Virus record (IMG/VR): IMGVR_UViG_3300016471_001035 | Location: 64,001-128,000 of that record | Strand: one strand, 5' to 3' | DNA: 64,000 nt | DNA from: a virus | Shown: positions 19,196 through 28,566 of the stretch, piece by piece | Numbering within the stretch: position 1 is the first letter of the stretch | Layout of the letters: each line of letters begins with the position of its first letter | Position numbers and translations under genes: made by a program | The notes under the pieces: model-generated | The model's database searches: none | What the model saw: the letters and a program-made list of their open reading frames with translations, nothing else | What the model was told of the DNA's origin: nothing

Positions 19196-20524
19196 ATGGT
19201 TAAATTAGATCTAGATTTTTTTGAGCTTATTATTGCTTATAAATCATTAACTGATGAAACCTATTTAGCTTCTGTTGTCGACCATATAAAGCCTATTTTC
19301 TTTAAAAATAAAGATATTAAAGTTATTTTTACAATAATAAGAGATTTTTATGAAAAAAGAAATGCATGTCCTACCTTAACAGAAATAAAATCGTATTTAA
19401 CTAACGATGAGCTTAAAAATTCATTTAAGAATGTTGTAACACAGTTTAATAATTTAGATAAAAATTTTAACACAGATGAATTATCTGCTAATACAGAAAC
19501 TTTTATAAAAGAAAAATCCGTATACCATACAATGATGGATGTAGTAGATGATATCAACAAAAATAGTGTCGACACTTCTAAAATTTTAGCTAAATTTGAA
19601 AAAGCTTGTAGTATATCTTTAACCACTGAAATAGGGTTAGATTTGTATGCTAATTTAGATAGAGTAATTGAAGACCTGCATTCTTCAGAAAAATATATTC
19701 CTTCTAAATGGAAATGGCTTGATGATAAAATAGGAGGTGGGTTTCTAGAATCTGGTAGAGCACTCTATTTGTTTGCAGGCGAAACAAATATTGGTAAAAG
19801 TATATTTTTAGGAAATGTAGCTATTAACATAGCTGAGCAAGGAAAGACTGTATTGCTTGTTTCTTTAGAAATGCCAGAAATAATTTATGCTAAAAGACTC
19901 GTTTCAAGTGTATCTAAAATACCATTAAGCCAATTAAAAATAGAGTCTGATTCTTTAAAAAATCAAATTAGCGAGTATTGTATTGAAAATCCAAACGCAA
20001 AAATTATTATAAAGGAGTTTCCTCCCGCAACAATTACGCCCAACCATTTAAAGGCTTTTATTAAAAAATTAATACAAAAAGGTATTAAGATAGATGCCAT
20101 AGTTTTGGATTACGTAAATCTATTACATTCGTCTATGGGTGATTCAAGCTATGAGCGTGTTAAGATTTGTACTGAACAATTAAGAGCTTTATCATATGGG
20201 TTTAATTGCCCTGTTATATCCGCTACTCAGTTAAACCGTGAGGGGTATGAAATAACTGACCCAGGTTTAAAGACAATATCAGAAAGTATAGGGTTGGCTA
20301 TGACAGGTGACGTTATTATGAGTATTTGGCAAGAAGATACAGATAAAGAACTTGGCATTATTAAAATGGGATTAATGAAAAACAGGTTTGGACCTAATTA
20401 CGGTCATTGTGCAATGAGGATAGATTATTCAACACTTACTATTACAGAAGACGAGCATATAAATGACACAGAAGCAAGCACTTCTTCAATTAGTACGTTG
20501 ACAAAATTAGCTATCGACAATTGA
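19196..20524 (+). CDS. gp41: DnaB-like replicative helicase gp41
   Basis: GETNIGKS, SLEM, IKEFP, LDYVNLL, SATQLNR, ISES, MKNRFG. Confidence 0.93.
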   Translation: MVKLDLDFFELIIAYKSLTDETYLASVVDHIKPIFFKNKDIKVIFTIIRDFYEKRNACPTLTEIKSYLTNDELKNSFKNVVTQFNNLDKNFNTDELSANTETFIKEKSVYHTMMDVVDDINKNSVDTSKILAKFEKACSISLTTEIGLDLYANLDRVIEDLHSSEKYIPSKWKWLDDKIGGGFLESGRALYLFAGETNIGKSIFLGNVAINIAEQGKTVLLVSLEMPEIIYAKRLVSSVSKIPLSQLKIESDSLKNQISEYCIENPNAKIIIKEFPPATITPNHLKAFIKKLIQKGIKIDAIVLDYVNLLHSSMGDSSYERVKICTEQLRALSYGFNCPVISATQLNREGYEITDPGLKTISESIGLAMTGDVIMSIWQEDTDKELGIIKMGLMKNRFGPNYGHCAMRIDYSTLTITEDEHINDTEASTSSISTLTKLAIDN

Positions 20525-20549
20525 TTTATCTATTTAGTTAGATAATTAG

Positions 20550-20846
20550 TTGTTGAATGTGAAAGGTTACGATCCTTCTGAGCAATTAACAGATTATGAA
20601 CAAACTCATTTGTTTTTATCTTTCTGTTCGTTTGTAACACTCACTAATACAAAAAAATTAAATCTTGCTAATGTTTTTATTACCCTTCTTAAGAATAAAG
20701 AATTTAGAGAGATTTTTAAAATTTATTGTGATTTAAAAAATGATTTTTCAGCTGTAAAATTTTTCTTGCAATTTGATTCAAGCTTGTATAAAAGTAAATA
20801 TATAATGAAATTTTTAAACTCAAATAAAAAGGCGCTTTTCCTATGA
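20550..20846 (+). CDS. hypothetical protein
   Basis: About 98 aa; start uncertain (TTG 20550 or GTG 20559). Confidence 0.55.
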   Translation: MLNVKGYDPSEQLTDYEQTHLFLSFCSFVTLTNTKKLNLANVFITLLKNKEFREIFKIYCDLKNDFSAVKFFLQFDSSLYKSKYIMKFLNSNKKALFL

Positions 20847-21055
20847 GCAATATTGTTAATGCTTCTGTAACTTTAGATAAGAAGAAATGTACAGATAAAG
20901 TTTATTTTGATAAAGCCTACAAAAGGTTTGCAAGAGAATTTTTAAGGTCGGGTGTGTTAGAGGATTTAAGATTTAAAAGGTGTTATTATAAACCAAGCGT
21001 GTTGCGTAAGTTAAAAAAGCAAGTTGCAAGACAGAAGTGGAAGTTTTACAATTGA
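20843..21055 (+). CDS. rpsU: phage-encoded ribosomal protein bS21
   Basis: 70 aa, basic; FDKAYKRFAR...SGVLEDLRFKRCYYKPSVLRK matches the bS21 pattern (ALRRFKR..G...R.R..YEKPS..R). Confidence 0.8.
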   Translation: MSNIVNASVTLDKKKCTDKVYFDKAYKRFAREFLRSGVLEDLRFKRCYYKPSVLRKLKKQVARQKWKFYN

Positions 21056-21693
21056 TTACCGAGTTTGAAAAGCACATTTATAATTCTTATTTAAAAGTCA
21101 CTAGATCAAATAGTGAACTACCTTACAAACTTAGAAAAAATTTTGAAAAAGTTGACGATAAGCTTTATGTAGCCTTAAAAAAGCTTTCTTCTTTTTTTAA
21201 GAGATACCCCCATATAAAAATAGAGGATTTTTTTCGCGCGCCTTATTCTCTTTACCCTGACGAAAAATATTTTCCAATAGAATATTTTTATTCACTTAAA
21301 GCTATAAAGTCCTATACTTTGTTTAATAAGCAACAGACAAATCTTGATCCGGATAGCGATGAACAGCTTAATAGCATTAAAAATTCATTAATTTTTATAA
21401 AAAGTTTTTGTAGAGATAATAATTTAAATGTAGAAAATTATATTTTTCACAAAACAAAAAATGAATATTCATTTATTTTGCACTTAAAAGAACATAATGT
21501 CAACGTATATACTTTATTAGGATTTAATAACTTTGAGAAAATTCTTAGAGGCTGTAACCCCGATATTACAAAATTTATTATTGGTGAGGATATATACAAC
21601 AACATCCAGGTATTTAGAACACGTCTTTATAATTCAAAAAAAGCAAGTAAAGTTGTCGAATATGGACTTAAAAAAATATTAGAAAAAGCTTGA
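21052..21693 (+). CDS. hypothetical protein, possible gp59 helicase loader
   Basis: About 213 aa, basic/aromatic, immediately upstream of gp32 as gene 59 is in T4; TTG 21052 overlaps the rpsU stop. Confidence 0.45.
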   Translation: MITEFEKHIYNSYLKVTRSNSELPYKLRKNFEKVDDKLYVALKKLSSFFKRYPHIKIEDFFRAPYSLYPDEKYFPIEYFYSLKAIKSYTLFNKQQTNLDPDSDEQLNSIKNSLIFIKSFCRDNNLNVENYIFHKTKNEYSFILHLKEHNVNVYTLLGFNNFEKILRGCNPDITKFIIGEDIYNNIQVFRTRLYNSKKASKVVEYGLKKILEKA

Positions 21694-21717
21694 TTAAGCA
21701 AATAAAGTTATTATTAT
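21690..21717 (+). promoter_or_regulatory. early promoter of gp32
   Basis: TTGATT-N16-TATTAT-N6-ATG. Confidence 0.7.
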
Positions 21718-21723
21718 TATTCT

Positions 21724-22578
21724 ATGAGTACATTTACCACATCGATGTTTGAAAGTATTAAGGGCGCTTTGACGAAAAATAACGAATCTACTGCTTCGAA
21801 GGTTAAAGACTATCTTCGCTGTGAAGCCGGCAACACATATACAGTTAGACTTATTCCTAATGTAAAAGACCCATCTAAGACGTTTTTTCACTATTATTCA
21901 TACGGCTGGAATAGTTTTGCTACTGGTGAGCTTATTACTGCAGTAAGCCCTACTACATGGAATCAGCGTGATCCTATTGCTGAAGAAAGGTATCGTATTT
22001 TGAGAACAGGTACAGAGAAAGAGAAGGAAAAGGCTTTGGCTATTAAGCGTAGAGAAAATTGGTTAGTTAATGTTTATATTATTAACGATCCCGTAAACTC
22101 TGATAATAATGGGAAGGTAAAGCTCTTACGTTTTGGTCGCCAGCTACATAAAATTATTATGGATGCTATTGAAGGTGAAGAAGCCGCAGAGCTTGGTCCT
22201 CGTATATTTGACCTATCTCCTAAAGGCTGTAACCTTAGAATTAAAGTTGAGAAGCAGGGTGACTACCCCACATACGTTTCATCTAAGTTTTCTACTCCTA
22301 AGGAAATAGAGGGGTTGGACGAAGATGATTATAAGAAAGTTTATAACAGCTCATTTGATCTTGAGTCATATGTTAGTGTTAAGAGCTACGAAGAGCTTAA
22401 AAATCTACTTGATGCGCATTACTATGGCACCAAGGATGTTGAAGAGGACGGCGCTGTTACTGCTGAAGTTAAAGCACCTAAGCCTTCAGTTAATGTAACT
22501 ATTAATTCTAAGAAGGCTGAGACGAAAGAGACTACAGCCGACGATCAGCAAATAGACGAATTACTTAAAGATCTATAA
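21724..22578 (+). CDS. gp32: single-stranded DNA-binding protein gp32
   Basis: VRLIP, NVYIINDP..NNGKVKL, IFD...GCN, YPTY..SKF; acidic tail IDELLKDL. Confidence 0.88.
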   Translation: MSTFTTSMFESIKGALTKNNESTASKVKDYLRCEAGNTYTVRLIPNVKDPSKTFFHYYSYGWNSFATGELITAVSPTTWNQRDPIAEERYRILRTGTEKEKEKALAIKRRENWLVNVYIINDPVNSDNNGKVKLLRFGRQLHKIIMDAIEGEEAAELGPRIFDLSPKGCNLRIKVEKQGDYPTYVSSKFSTPKEIEGLDEDDYKKVYNSSFDLESYVSVKSYEELKNLLDAHYYGTKDVEEDGAVTAEVKAPKPSVNVTINSKKAETKETTADDQQIDELLKDL

Positions 22579-22976
22579 TGGAAGATACTTTTAGAGAGTT
22601 AACTCCAGAAGAAATTAAACTGGCTACTATCCAGTTTATGGGCCAGCACCTAACTGGAGAAATGAAAGAACTCAATAAAAATATTATCGGCGAAAGCGCT
22701 ACACTTAGATCTTTATCCATAGACCCCTTAAAAGTTATTCAAACAATTCCAGGGGATAAACGTCCATATGCTACAACTGTTAATGCTGGGATAAATATTG
22801 CTCCTAACGCTATTCATCATCCTATTCCAGTACAGCAATCTCAACAACCCACAGTAGATCCTAATCAACTTGAATTTGATTTTGGTAAGTCAAATTTAGC
22901 AAATTCTATTTTAGATCGGTTAGATTCGTTGAGCTCAAAATTAGATAAAGTTATAGCCTTACTTAAAAAAGATTGA
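22578..22976 (+). CDS. hypothetical protein
   Basis: 132 aa; DPNQLEFDF motif, C-terminal coiled coil. Confidence 0.55.
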   Translation: MEDTFRELTPEEIKLATIQFMGQHLTGEMKELNKNIIGESATLRSLSIDPLKVIQTIPGDKRPYATTVNAGINIAPNAIHHPIPVQQSQQPTVDPNQLEFDFGKSNLANSILDRLDSLSSKLDKVIALLKKD

Positions 22977-23000
22977 TAATTAGTAGTTATATCTTATTAT
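22973..23000 (+). promoter_or_regulatory. early promoter of gp45
   Basis: TTGATA-N16-TATTAT-N6-GTG. Confidence 0.7.
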
Positions 23001-23006
23001 AAATGT

Positions 23007-23738
23007 GTGAATTTAAGTATAAAAGATAGAGATAACTTTTTAAATAATTTTGTAATTCCGTTAAGTAAGATAACAGACAGCGCAGTTATAAAAATTGCTC
23101 CAGGCAAGATAACATCTTTAATTTCCACAAGCGATAATACAATTATTGTTAATTCAGAGTATAACGATGATAGTATAAAAGCAGTTAAAACTTTAAACGT
23201 ACCTGACTTAAAGAAGCTTTGCAGAGTTATTTCATGTATAGATGAAACAACTTTTAATTTAGATATATCATCAAATTTTATAGGCTACGATTCTCGTAAT
23301 GTTAGGTTTAAGTATCATTTGTATGACGATGGCATTATTGCATCACCTAAGCTTAGTATAGATAAACTTAATTCTTTAGAATTTGATGGTAAGTTCACCC
23401 TACCTCTCGCCTCTGTCATAAACCTTATCAAAGGCAGCTCCATAAGCACCGAAACAAATAAGATTTATTTGTCTGTTAAAGACAAGCAGATATTTGGTGA
23501 ATTAACAGATAAGACTAGATCTAATATTGATTCATATGGTATTAATATTTCTGATGATTATAGCGGAACTCAGTTTGCAGTTGCTATACCCTTGAATTTT
23601 GAGATATTTAGAATAATTTCTTCTATGAGATTTAAGGAGCTTCAAGCAAACCTAATAACAAAAATGGGCGTATTAACGTTAGACTTAAACTTAGATAATT
23701 CTAAATTTAAGTTTGTTATTTCTGCTCTAGCCAACTAA
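23007..23738 (+). CDS. gp45: sliding clamp gp45
   Basis: 243 aa beta-rich, N.PDLKKL pattern, size and context. Confidence 0.65.
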   Translation: MNLSIKDRDNFLNNFVIPLSKITDSAVIKIAPGKITSLISTSDNTIIVNSEYNDDSIKAVKTLNVPDLKKLCRVISCIDETTFNLDISSNFIGYDSRNVRFKYHLYDDGIIASPKLSIDKLNSLEFDGKFTLPLASVINLIKGSSISTETNKIYLSVKDKQIFGELTDKTRSNIDSYGINISDDYSGTQFAVAIPLNFEIFRIISSMRFKELQANLITKMGVLTLDLNLDNSKFKFVISALAN

Positions 23739-24101
23739 ATGAGCAAAAATAAAATTAAAACACCTAGCTATTTTGTAAAGCGTTTAAGAGACAACGGCTT
23801 TATAGCTATTAAGTTATTTGGGGTATTTGCTAAGCAAGATCCAAGACAATGGGTAGTTCTTGTCAATCCTAGTGAGGCATCGGTTCTTGTTACCTGTTAT
23901 TTAAACAAGGATAATCTCAATGAAGTTCTATTTGAATTTAATGACGGTGATAGACATATACCTAGAAATTTTTCTATTAAAACTGATTCTATTGAAGTAA
24001 TTATAGACTATTTGCTTAGACACGGTGTTTCTAATAATAAAGATTACCCAGGCCGCGATAGATATTTGTCAAAAAGATTAAATACTTATGATGAAAAATA
24101 A
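23739..24101 (+). CDS. hypothetical protein
   Basis: 120 aa ORF abutting gp45. Confidence 0.55.
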   Translation: MSKNKIKTPSYFVKRLRDNGFIAIKLFGVFAKQDPRQWVVLVNPSEASVLVTCYLNKDNLNEVLFEFNDGDRHIPRNFSIKTDSIEVIIDYLLRHGVSNNKDYPGRDRYLSKRLNTYDEK

Positions 24102-24414
24102 AAATTCATCCAAGGGTAAAGATCAGAATAAAAGCTTTAATCCTAATGAAAATAAAGAAATCAAAGAGCTTACTCATAAAGCACTTTTATCATTTCTTCG
24201 TGATCAAATTAGTGAAAAAAACTCTAATAAAAAAGATATAGAAGCGCTAAATGCTCAAATATTAGAATTTTTAAATTGCTTTATTTTAATTGGATATAAC
24301 TTTAATGGCGAGCCAATATCTATGATATCTGCGCACAACCAGCAAGAAGCAGATTCTCTGGGCACACTTATTAATAAGTTTATATTTAATTCATCTAAAG
24401 ACTCTGGAGAATAG
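24091..24414 (+). CDS. hypothetical late protein
   Basis: 107 aa; second ATG chosen from late-box spacing. Confidence 0.55.
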   Translation: MKNKNSSKGKDQNKSFNPNENKEIKELTHKALLSFLRDQISEKNSNKKDIEALNAQILEFLNCFILIGYNFNGEPISMISAHNQQEADSLGTLINKFIFNSSKDSGE

Positions 24415-24437
24415 TTAGTTTGTTAATATAATATTTT

Positions 24438-25274
24438 GTGGTAAAAGTATTAATACTTGGCAAAGGATTTATAGGTAATAAACTTGCAAAATACTTGCAA
24501 GAAAATAATGTTGATATTTTTCATATAGCACAAAATGAAATAGATTACACTCGCCATACCACTTTAAGCATGCTCTTAAGAGAATATAATTTTTCTCATG
24601 TAGTTAATTGCTGCGGTTATACAGGCAAGCCTAATGTTGATGGCTGTGAAAATAATAAGGAAGATTGCTGGAAGTATAATGTAACAGTTGCTTCTTACAT
24701 AGACAGGCTATGTCATTGCTATGGAAGAAAGATTATACATATTTCAAGCGGTTGTATATACACAGGCTACGAAAAAGAATTTACAGAAACAGACGTCCCA
24801 AACTTCGGTCTTTTTAATCCCAACTCTAGCTTTTATTCTAAGAGCAAACACGCATTAGAATCAGTAGTCAATACAAATTTTTCTACTGTTTTTAGAATAA
24901 GAATGCCATTTACAAATCTGAAAGAAGATAAAAATTATATTTATAAAATATTGAAATATGATAATCTTTTGAGTATGCCAAACAGTCTTACAAGTGTAAC
25001 AGACCTCTGTAGTGTAGTTCAGCAATTTATAGAGGAGCATAGGCCTGGAATTTTTAATGTTGTCAATCCGCAACCGGCTGAAGCTAAGGAGATTGTCACT
25101 CTTCTAAAAAAATATAACCATATTAATCCTAATTGGAAGTTCGTAGAATATAAGGATCTTGACATCATAGCTAATAGATCTAATTGTATTTTAAGCTCTG
25201 ATAAACTTAAGACTATAGGCCTATGTTTACCTGATACATTCGAATCTCTAGAGAAATGTATAAAGGAGTTATGA
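24438..25274 (+). CDS. RmlD-like NDP-4-keto-rhamnose reductase (extended SDR, NRS/ER-like)
   Basis: GKGFIG Rossmann motif, TGKPNVDGCE, SSGCIY, YSKSK, RIRMP. Confidence 0.85.
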   Translation: MVKVLILGKGFIGNKLAKYLQENNVDIFHIAQNEIDYTRHTTLSMLLREYNFSHVVNCCGYTGKPNVDGCENNKEDCWKYNVTVASYIDRLCHCYGRKIIHISSGCIYTGYEKEFTETDVPNFGLFNPNSSFYSKSKHALESVVNTNFSTVFRIRMPFTNLKEDKNYIYKILKYDNLLSMPNSLTSVTDLCSVVQQFIEEHRPGIFNVVNPQPAEAKEIVTLLKKYNHINPNWKFVEYKDLDIIANRSNCILSSDKLKTIGLCLPDTFESLEKCIKEL

Positions 25275-25564
25275 AATTTTCATTTTTAAATAAGCACCCC
25301 AAAAAGCGTATTATATATGCTATTACTGGGGGCTATTATTTAGGCGAATTATTTGTTTTTATGGAAAAGACAGATGAAAAATATATATTTCTCTCCCTAC
25401 CTGAAATGCACATTAGAGAGGTGCCAATCGATAAATTTGAGTTTGGATTGAACCAAAACATTATAGATATAGTTAAAAAAATACCAAATTTTGTTTATAA
25501 AGTATGTAAAGCGCAATATACCAAAAATAAAACACGTGACTTACAGTCTTTAAAGGATAAATAG
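25271..25564 (+). CDS. hypothetical protein
   Basis: 97 aa; ATGA overlap with the upstream gene. Confidence 0.55.
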   Translation: MKFSFLNKHPKKRIIYAITGGYYLGELFVFMEKTDEKYIFLSLPEMHIREVPIDKFEFGLNQNIIDIVKKIPNFVYKVCKAQYTKNKTRDLQSLKDK

Positions 25565-25568
25565 TTAT

Positions 25569-25757
25569 ATGGATTTTATTTCACCAAAACCAATCGTGTC
25601 CCCTATTAGCGGTCAAGTAGTAAGACCGGTCTTAAAAACGTATGTTCGTGAAGGCAAAGAAATTGTAGAAGCTGAATATATCGACCCAGCTAGTGGTTCT
25701 TTTATCCGTAAAGGTATTGTTTCTGTAAGAGATTTAAAGAAACCCTCCGAAAAATAA
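25569..25757 (+). CDS. small late hypothetical protein
   Basis: 62 aa; TAAATA 5 nt upstream. Confidence 0.6.
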   Translation: MDFISPKPIVSPISGQVVRPVLKTYVREGKEIVEAEYIDPASGSFIRKGIVSVRDLKKPSEK

Positions 25758-25759
25758 TC

Positions 25760-25787
25760 TTGTAAGTTAGTTGTTTTGTACTATAAT
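25760..25787 (+). promoter_or_regulatory. early promoter of primase
   Basis: TTGTAA-N16-TATAAT-N6-GTG. Confidence 0.75.
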
Positions 25788-25793
25788 TAAAAT

Positions 25794-26831
25794 GTGTTAA
25801 TACCGACCGAATATATACTGCAAAAATTTTATCAGTACGCTGGCTATCCTCAATATAAAAAGAGTAGCAACACTTATATTGCAGGGTGCCCTATATGCAG
25901 AGAAGGAAAATCGTGGGGTAAAAAAAGAAGATGCATTTTTATTGTTGAAGACAATGCTATATGCTGTCATAATTGTGGTTGGTATAGTGATGCGGTAAAA
26001 TGGATTTGCGAGGTATCGGGGCTAAATTTTTCTGAAGTACTTAATGAATCTAAAAATTTTGATATCTTACCATTAAACGCATATACTGACGAAACTAAAC
26101 AGGAAAAGCCTAAACCAACACATACACTCCCTACCGACTGTATAAATTTATTTGATAATAATCAAATTGAATTTTATAAAGATAATAAGATTGTTAATGA
26201 CGCTCTTTCTATTGTTATTAATAGAAGACTAGATAGAGCAGTTAATAGACCAGATACATTGTATGTTACCTGTAAAGATAAAATTCATAAAAACAGAATT
26301 GTAATACCTTTTTATGACGATAATAATAATAATATTATTTTTTATCAAACAAGGCTTATTTATAAAAACGATGAAAAGCTGTATCCTAAGTATCTAAGCA
26401 AGGTAAATGGAGAGAAATCCCTATACAATATCAATAAAATAGATCCGCAATTAGAATATATTTTTATTTTTGAAGGCCCTATCGATTCTTTTTTCGTAAA
26501 AAACGGTACTGCTGTTGCAGGTATTCAAGAGAATAGTAGCAATACATTTTCAACACTCCAGGAACAACAACTCATACCTTTTAAGTTTTTTAAAAAGATA
26601 TGGGTGTTAGACAGCCAGTGGGCTGATACAGCAAGTAGAAATAAGACGAGTAAGTTAATTGAAAATGAAGAAACTGTTTTTATATGGCCAGAGGATTTAG
26701 GTAAAAAATATAAAGATATAAATGAGTACTGTGTTAGTAATAAATTAGACAGTATTGATCCAGAGTTTTTAATTAATAATTCTTATTCAGGAATTAAAGC
26801 CAAGCTTTTAATGTCTATTATCTGTCGTTAG
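25794..26831 (+). CDS. gp61: DNA primase gp61
   Basis: CPIC...CHNC zinc finger, IVIPF, FEGPIDS TOPRIM, KDINE. Confidence 0.92.
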   Translation: MLIPTEYILQKFYQYAGYPQYKKSSNTYIAGCPICREGKSWGKKRRCIFIVEDNAICCHNCGWYSDAVKWICEVSGLNFSEVLNESKNFDILPLNAYTDETKQEKPKPTHTLPTDCINLFDNNQIEFYKDNKIVNDALSIVINRRLDRAVNRPDTLYVTCKDKIHKNRIVIPFYDDNNNNIIFYQTRLIYKNDEKLYPKYLSKVNGEKSLYNINKIDPQLEYIFIFEGPIDSFFVKNGTAVAGIQENSSNTFSTLQEQQLIPFKFFKKIWVLDSQWADTASRNKTSKLIENEETVFIWPEDLGKKYKDINEYCVSNKLDSIDPEFLINNSYSGIKAKLLMSIICR

Positions 26832-27225
26832 CAGAAATTAAATAGCCTTTAAGAGATTCGCTCAAAGAACTAAGCTCTGCTGCTAGTCTTGCTATTTTCT
26901 TTTTCTCGCTTCTAGCAATATCTTCAAAAATAGAATCACAAGCTGCTGTGTGAAGCTGTACCTGCATGCTGCTAGCATCTGTACTATTTAAAAACTTAAT
27001 AAACTCATCTATTTGAGTAATCCAGCCTTTAAGCTTGGAAATCTGCTCTGCTTTTTTATGATCTTGTACTTGCTCTCTTCCTCCCTGAACGTCAAAATCT
27101 TCAGGCTTAGCAGTATCAAGCGTAGATGCCATAGCTTCTTTATCGGTTTGAGGAGCTACAGCTGGAGCAGGTTCCGTCTCATCAGCTTCTAATAATGTGG
27201 TAAACTTACTAACAAAAGAACTCAT
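26818..27225 (-). CDS. hypothetical late (probable head) protein
   Basis: 135 aa; MSSFVSKFTTLLE leader; late box. Confidence 0.6.
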   Translation of the reverse strand: MSSFVSKFTTLLEADETEPAPAVAPQTDKEAMASTLDTAKPEDFDVQGGREQVQDHKKAEQISKLKGWITQIDEFIKFLNSTDASSMQVQLHTAACDSIFEDIARSEKKKIARLAAELSSLSESLKGYLISANDR

Positions 27226-27230
27226 ATTAT

Positions 27231-27250
27231 TATTTATTATTGAATAAATA
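27231..27250. promoter_or_regulatory. back-to-back divergent late promoters
   Basis: TATTTATT-attg-AATAAATA; each TAAATA is 5 nt from a start codon (27225 minus, 27256 plus). Confidence 0.75.
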
Positions 27251-27255
27251 TTTTT

Positions 27256-27642
27256 GTGAGAAAAAAGTTAGTTTTTGAAGATATTTTAAATTACAATAAA
27301 TGGGTTTCTGGTATTGCTTCAAGAGAGCTTGCCTCACAAAGAGTTAGCTTAAGAGATTTATTTAACAACCCTTATGTCGATCAAAATCCTAATGATGCTA
27401 GAGCAGAGCCAGTTATGCCATATCCATTGCAAAGCGTGGTACCGCAGATAGGGGACCTTTACATTTATGCATGTAATACTAAAGATTTGTTTAAATCATC
27501 ATTATCAAATCCTCTTGTTGCAAAAAATAAAATTGCCAAAGAAACTGTATTAGATATTGTAAGTAAATTAGATGCTGTTATTGACATTATTAAAGGTATA
27601 ATTGAACAAGCCAATAAACCGGTTGCAAAAAAAGTTAAATAA
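27256..27642 (+). CDS. hypothetical late protein
   Basis: 128 aa; GTG start 5 nt after TAAATA. Confidence 0.6.
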   Translation: MRKKLVFEDILNYNKWVSGIASRELASQRVSLRDLFNNPYVDQNPNDARAEPVMPYPLQSVVPQIGDLYIYACNTKDLFKSSLSNPLVAKNKIAKETVLDIVSKLDAVIDIIKGIIEQANKPVAKKVK

Positions 27643-27650
27643 GTTATAAT
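27623..27650 (+). promoter_or_regulatory. early promoter
   Basis: TTGCAA-N16-TATAAT-N6-ATG. Confidence 0.75.
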
Positions 27651-27656
27651 ATATTG

Positions 27657-28106
27657 ATGGTAAAGAAAGTAATATCACAATTACTACCTCTTTTAGGCGT
27701 TGCAACGCTTACAAGTTTTTTGCTAGCAACCTGGGGCGTTAATTATTTTATTGGTGCCTTAGTTGGCATTTTAATTCAATTTGTTGCCTTTTATTCATTC
27801 AAAAGCATTCTTATAGCAGTTGTTGCTTTGAGAAATAAAAAACTAGATAATGAGAGAATAAAAGAATTATCTTACCAAGGACTAGAGGTGGTCTGCCCTT
27901 GTTTTAAACAAATTAAGGAATTTGTTCCAATAAAGCTAAATATAGCAAACTACTATAAATGCAGTGAATGTAAAAAAACTATTGGAGTCGTAATTACACC
28001 GGAAACTGCAATTGTAACAGAGCCCGCTGATTCAAGCCAAGAAGCAGTAAATAAACTGCTAGCACAAGGCATTCTGAATGTATCTAAACCAAATGCAAAT
28101 ACCTAA
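27657..28106 (+). CDS. membrane protein with two TM helices and a Cys (zinc-ribbon-like) motif
   Basis: Hydrophobic N-terminal hairpin; CPC...CSEC; ATG 27657 from promoter spacing. Confidence 0.6.
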   Translation: MVKKVISQLLPLLGVATLTSFLLATWGVNYFIGALVGILIQFVAFYSFKSILIAVVALRNKKLDNERIKELSYQGLEVVCPCFKQIKEFVPIKLNIANYYKCSECKKTIGVVITPETAIVTEPADSSQEAVNKLLAQGILNVSKPNANT

Positions 28107-28566
28107 TAGCATAAACAATCTTACTGCTGATAAAGCAGCTGATGTATTCTTATCAAATACAAAGCTTCCAGAGATACCTTTAGATGAAATAGTTCTTGCA
28201 ATTAAGAGGTCATTACCGGTAAAAGAACTTGAGTCTTTTGAATTAGGGCTAGCTTACTTTAAAAAGGATGTAGAGATAGATAAAGCTATTATTAAAAATA
28301 TTTTATCTTTAATAAACGAGTCTTTAACTAGAGCTGTAAATGATAGTCAAATTGATATTGAAATAAGGCACTTAATTAACTCACAACTCAAGACAGCAAT
28401 GGAAAGTATGTCTTATAATTTTGACTCTTTTTATAATATATTAAATATTTTAAATAAACAAAAGAATTTACTTGACGTTAAGAACTTTATCCTGATAATA
28501 ATAGGATATGCCATCAGTCTTCTCAAAAAAATACATAACAATACAAACAAGCAAAACAACTCATAA
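28078..28566 (+). CDS. hypothetical protein
   Basis: 162 aa; start could be ATG 28093. Confidence 0.5.
   Translation: MYLNQMQIPNSINNLTADKAADVFLSNTKLPEIPLDEIVLAIKRSLPVKELESFELGLAYFKKDVEIDKAIIKNILSLINESLTRAVNDSQIDIEIRHLINSQLKTAMESMSYNFDSFYNILNILNKQKNLLDVKNFILIIIGYAISLLKKIHNNTNKQNNS

Noticed and set aside
20843-21055. Bacteroidota host inferred from bS21
   Set aside because: Early promoters are TTGnnn-N16-TAnnnT, not the Bacteroidota TAnnTTTG type; the host is left unassigned.
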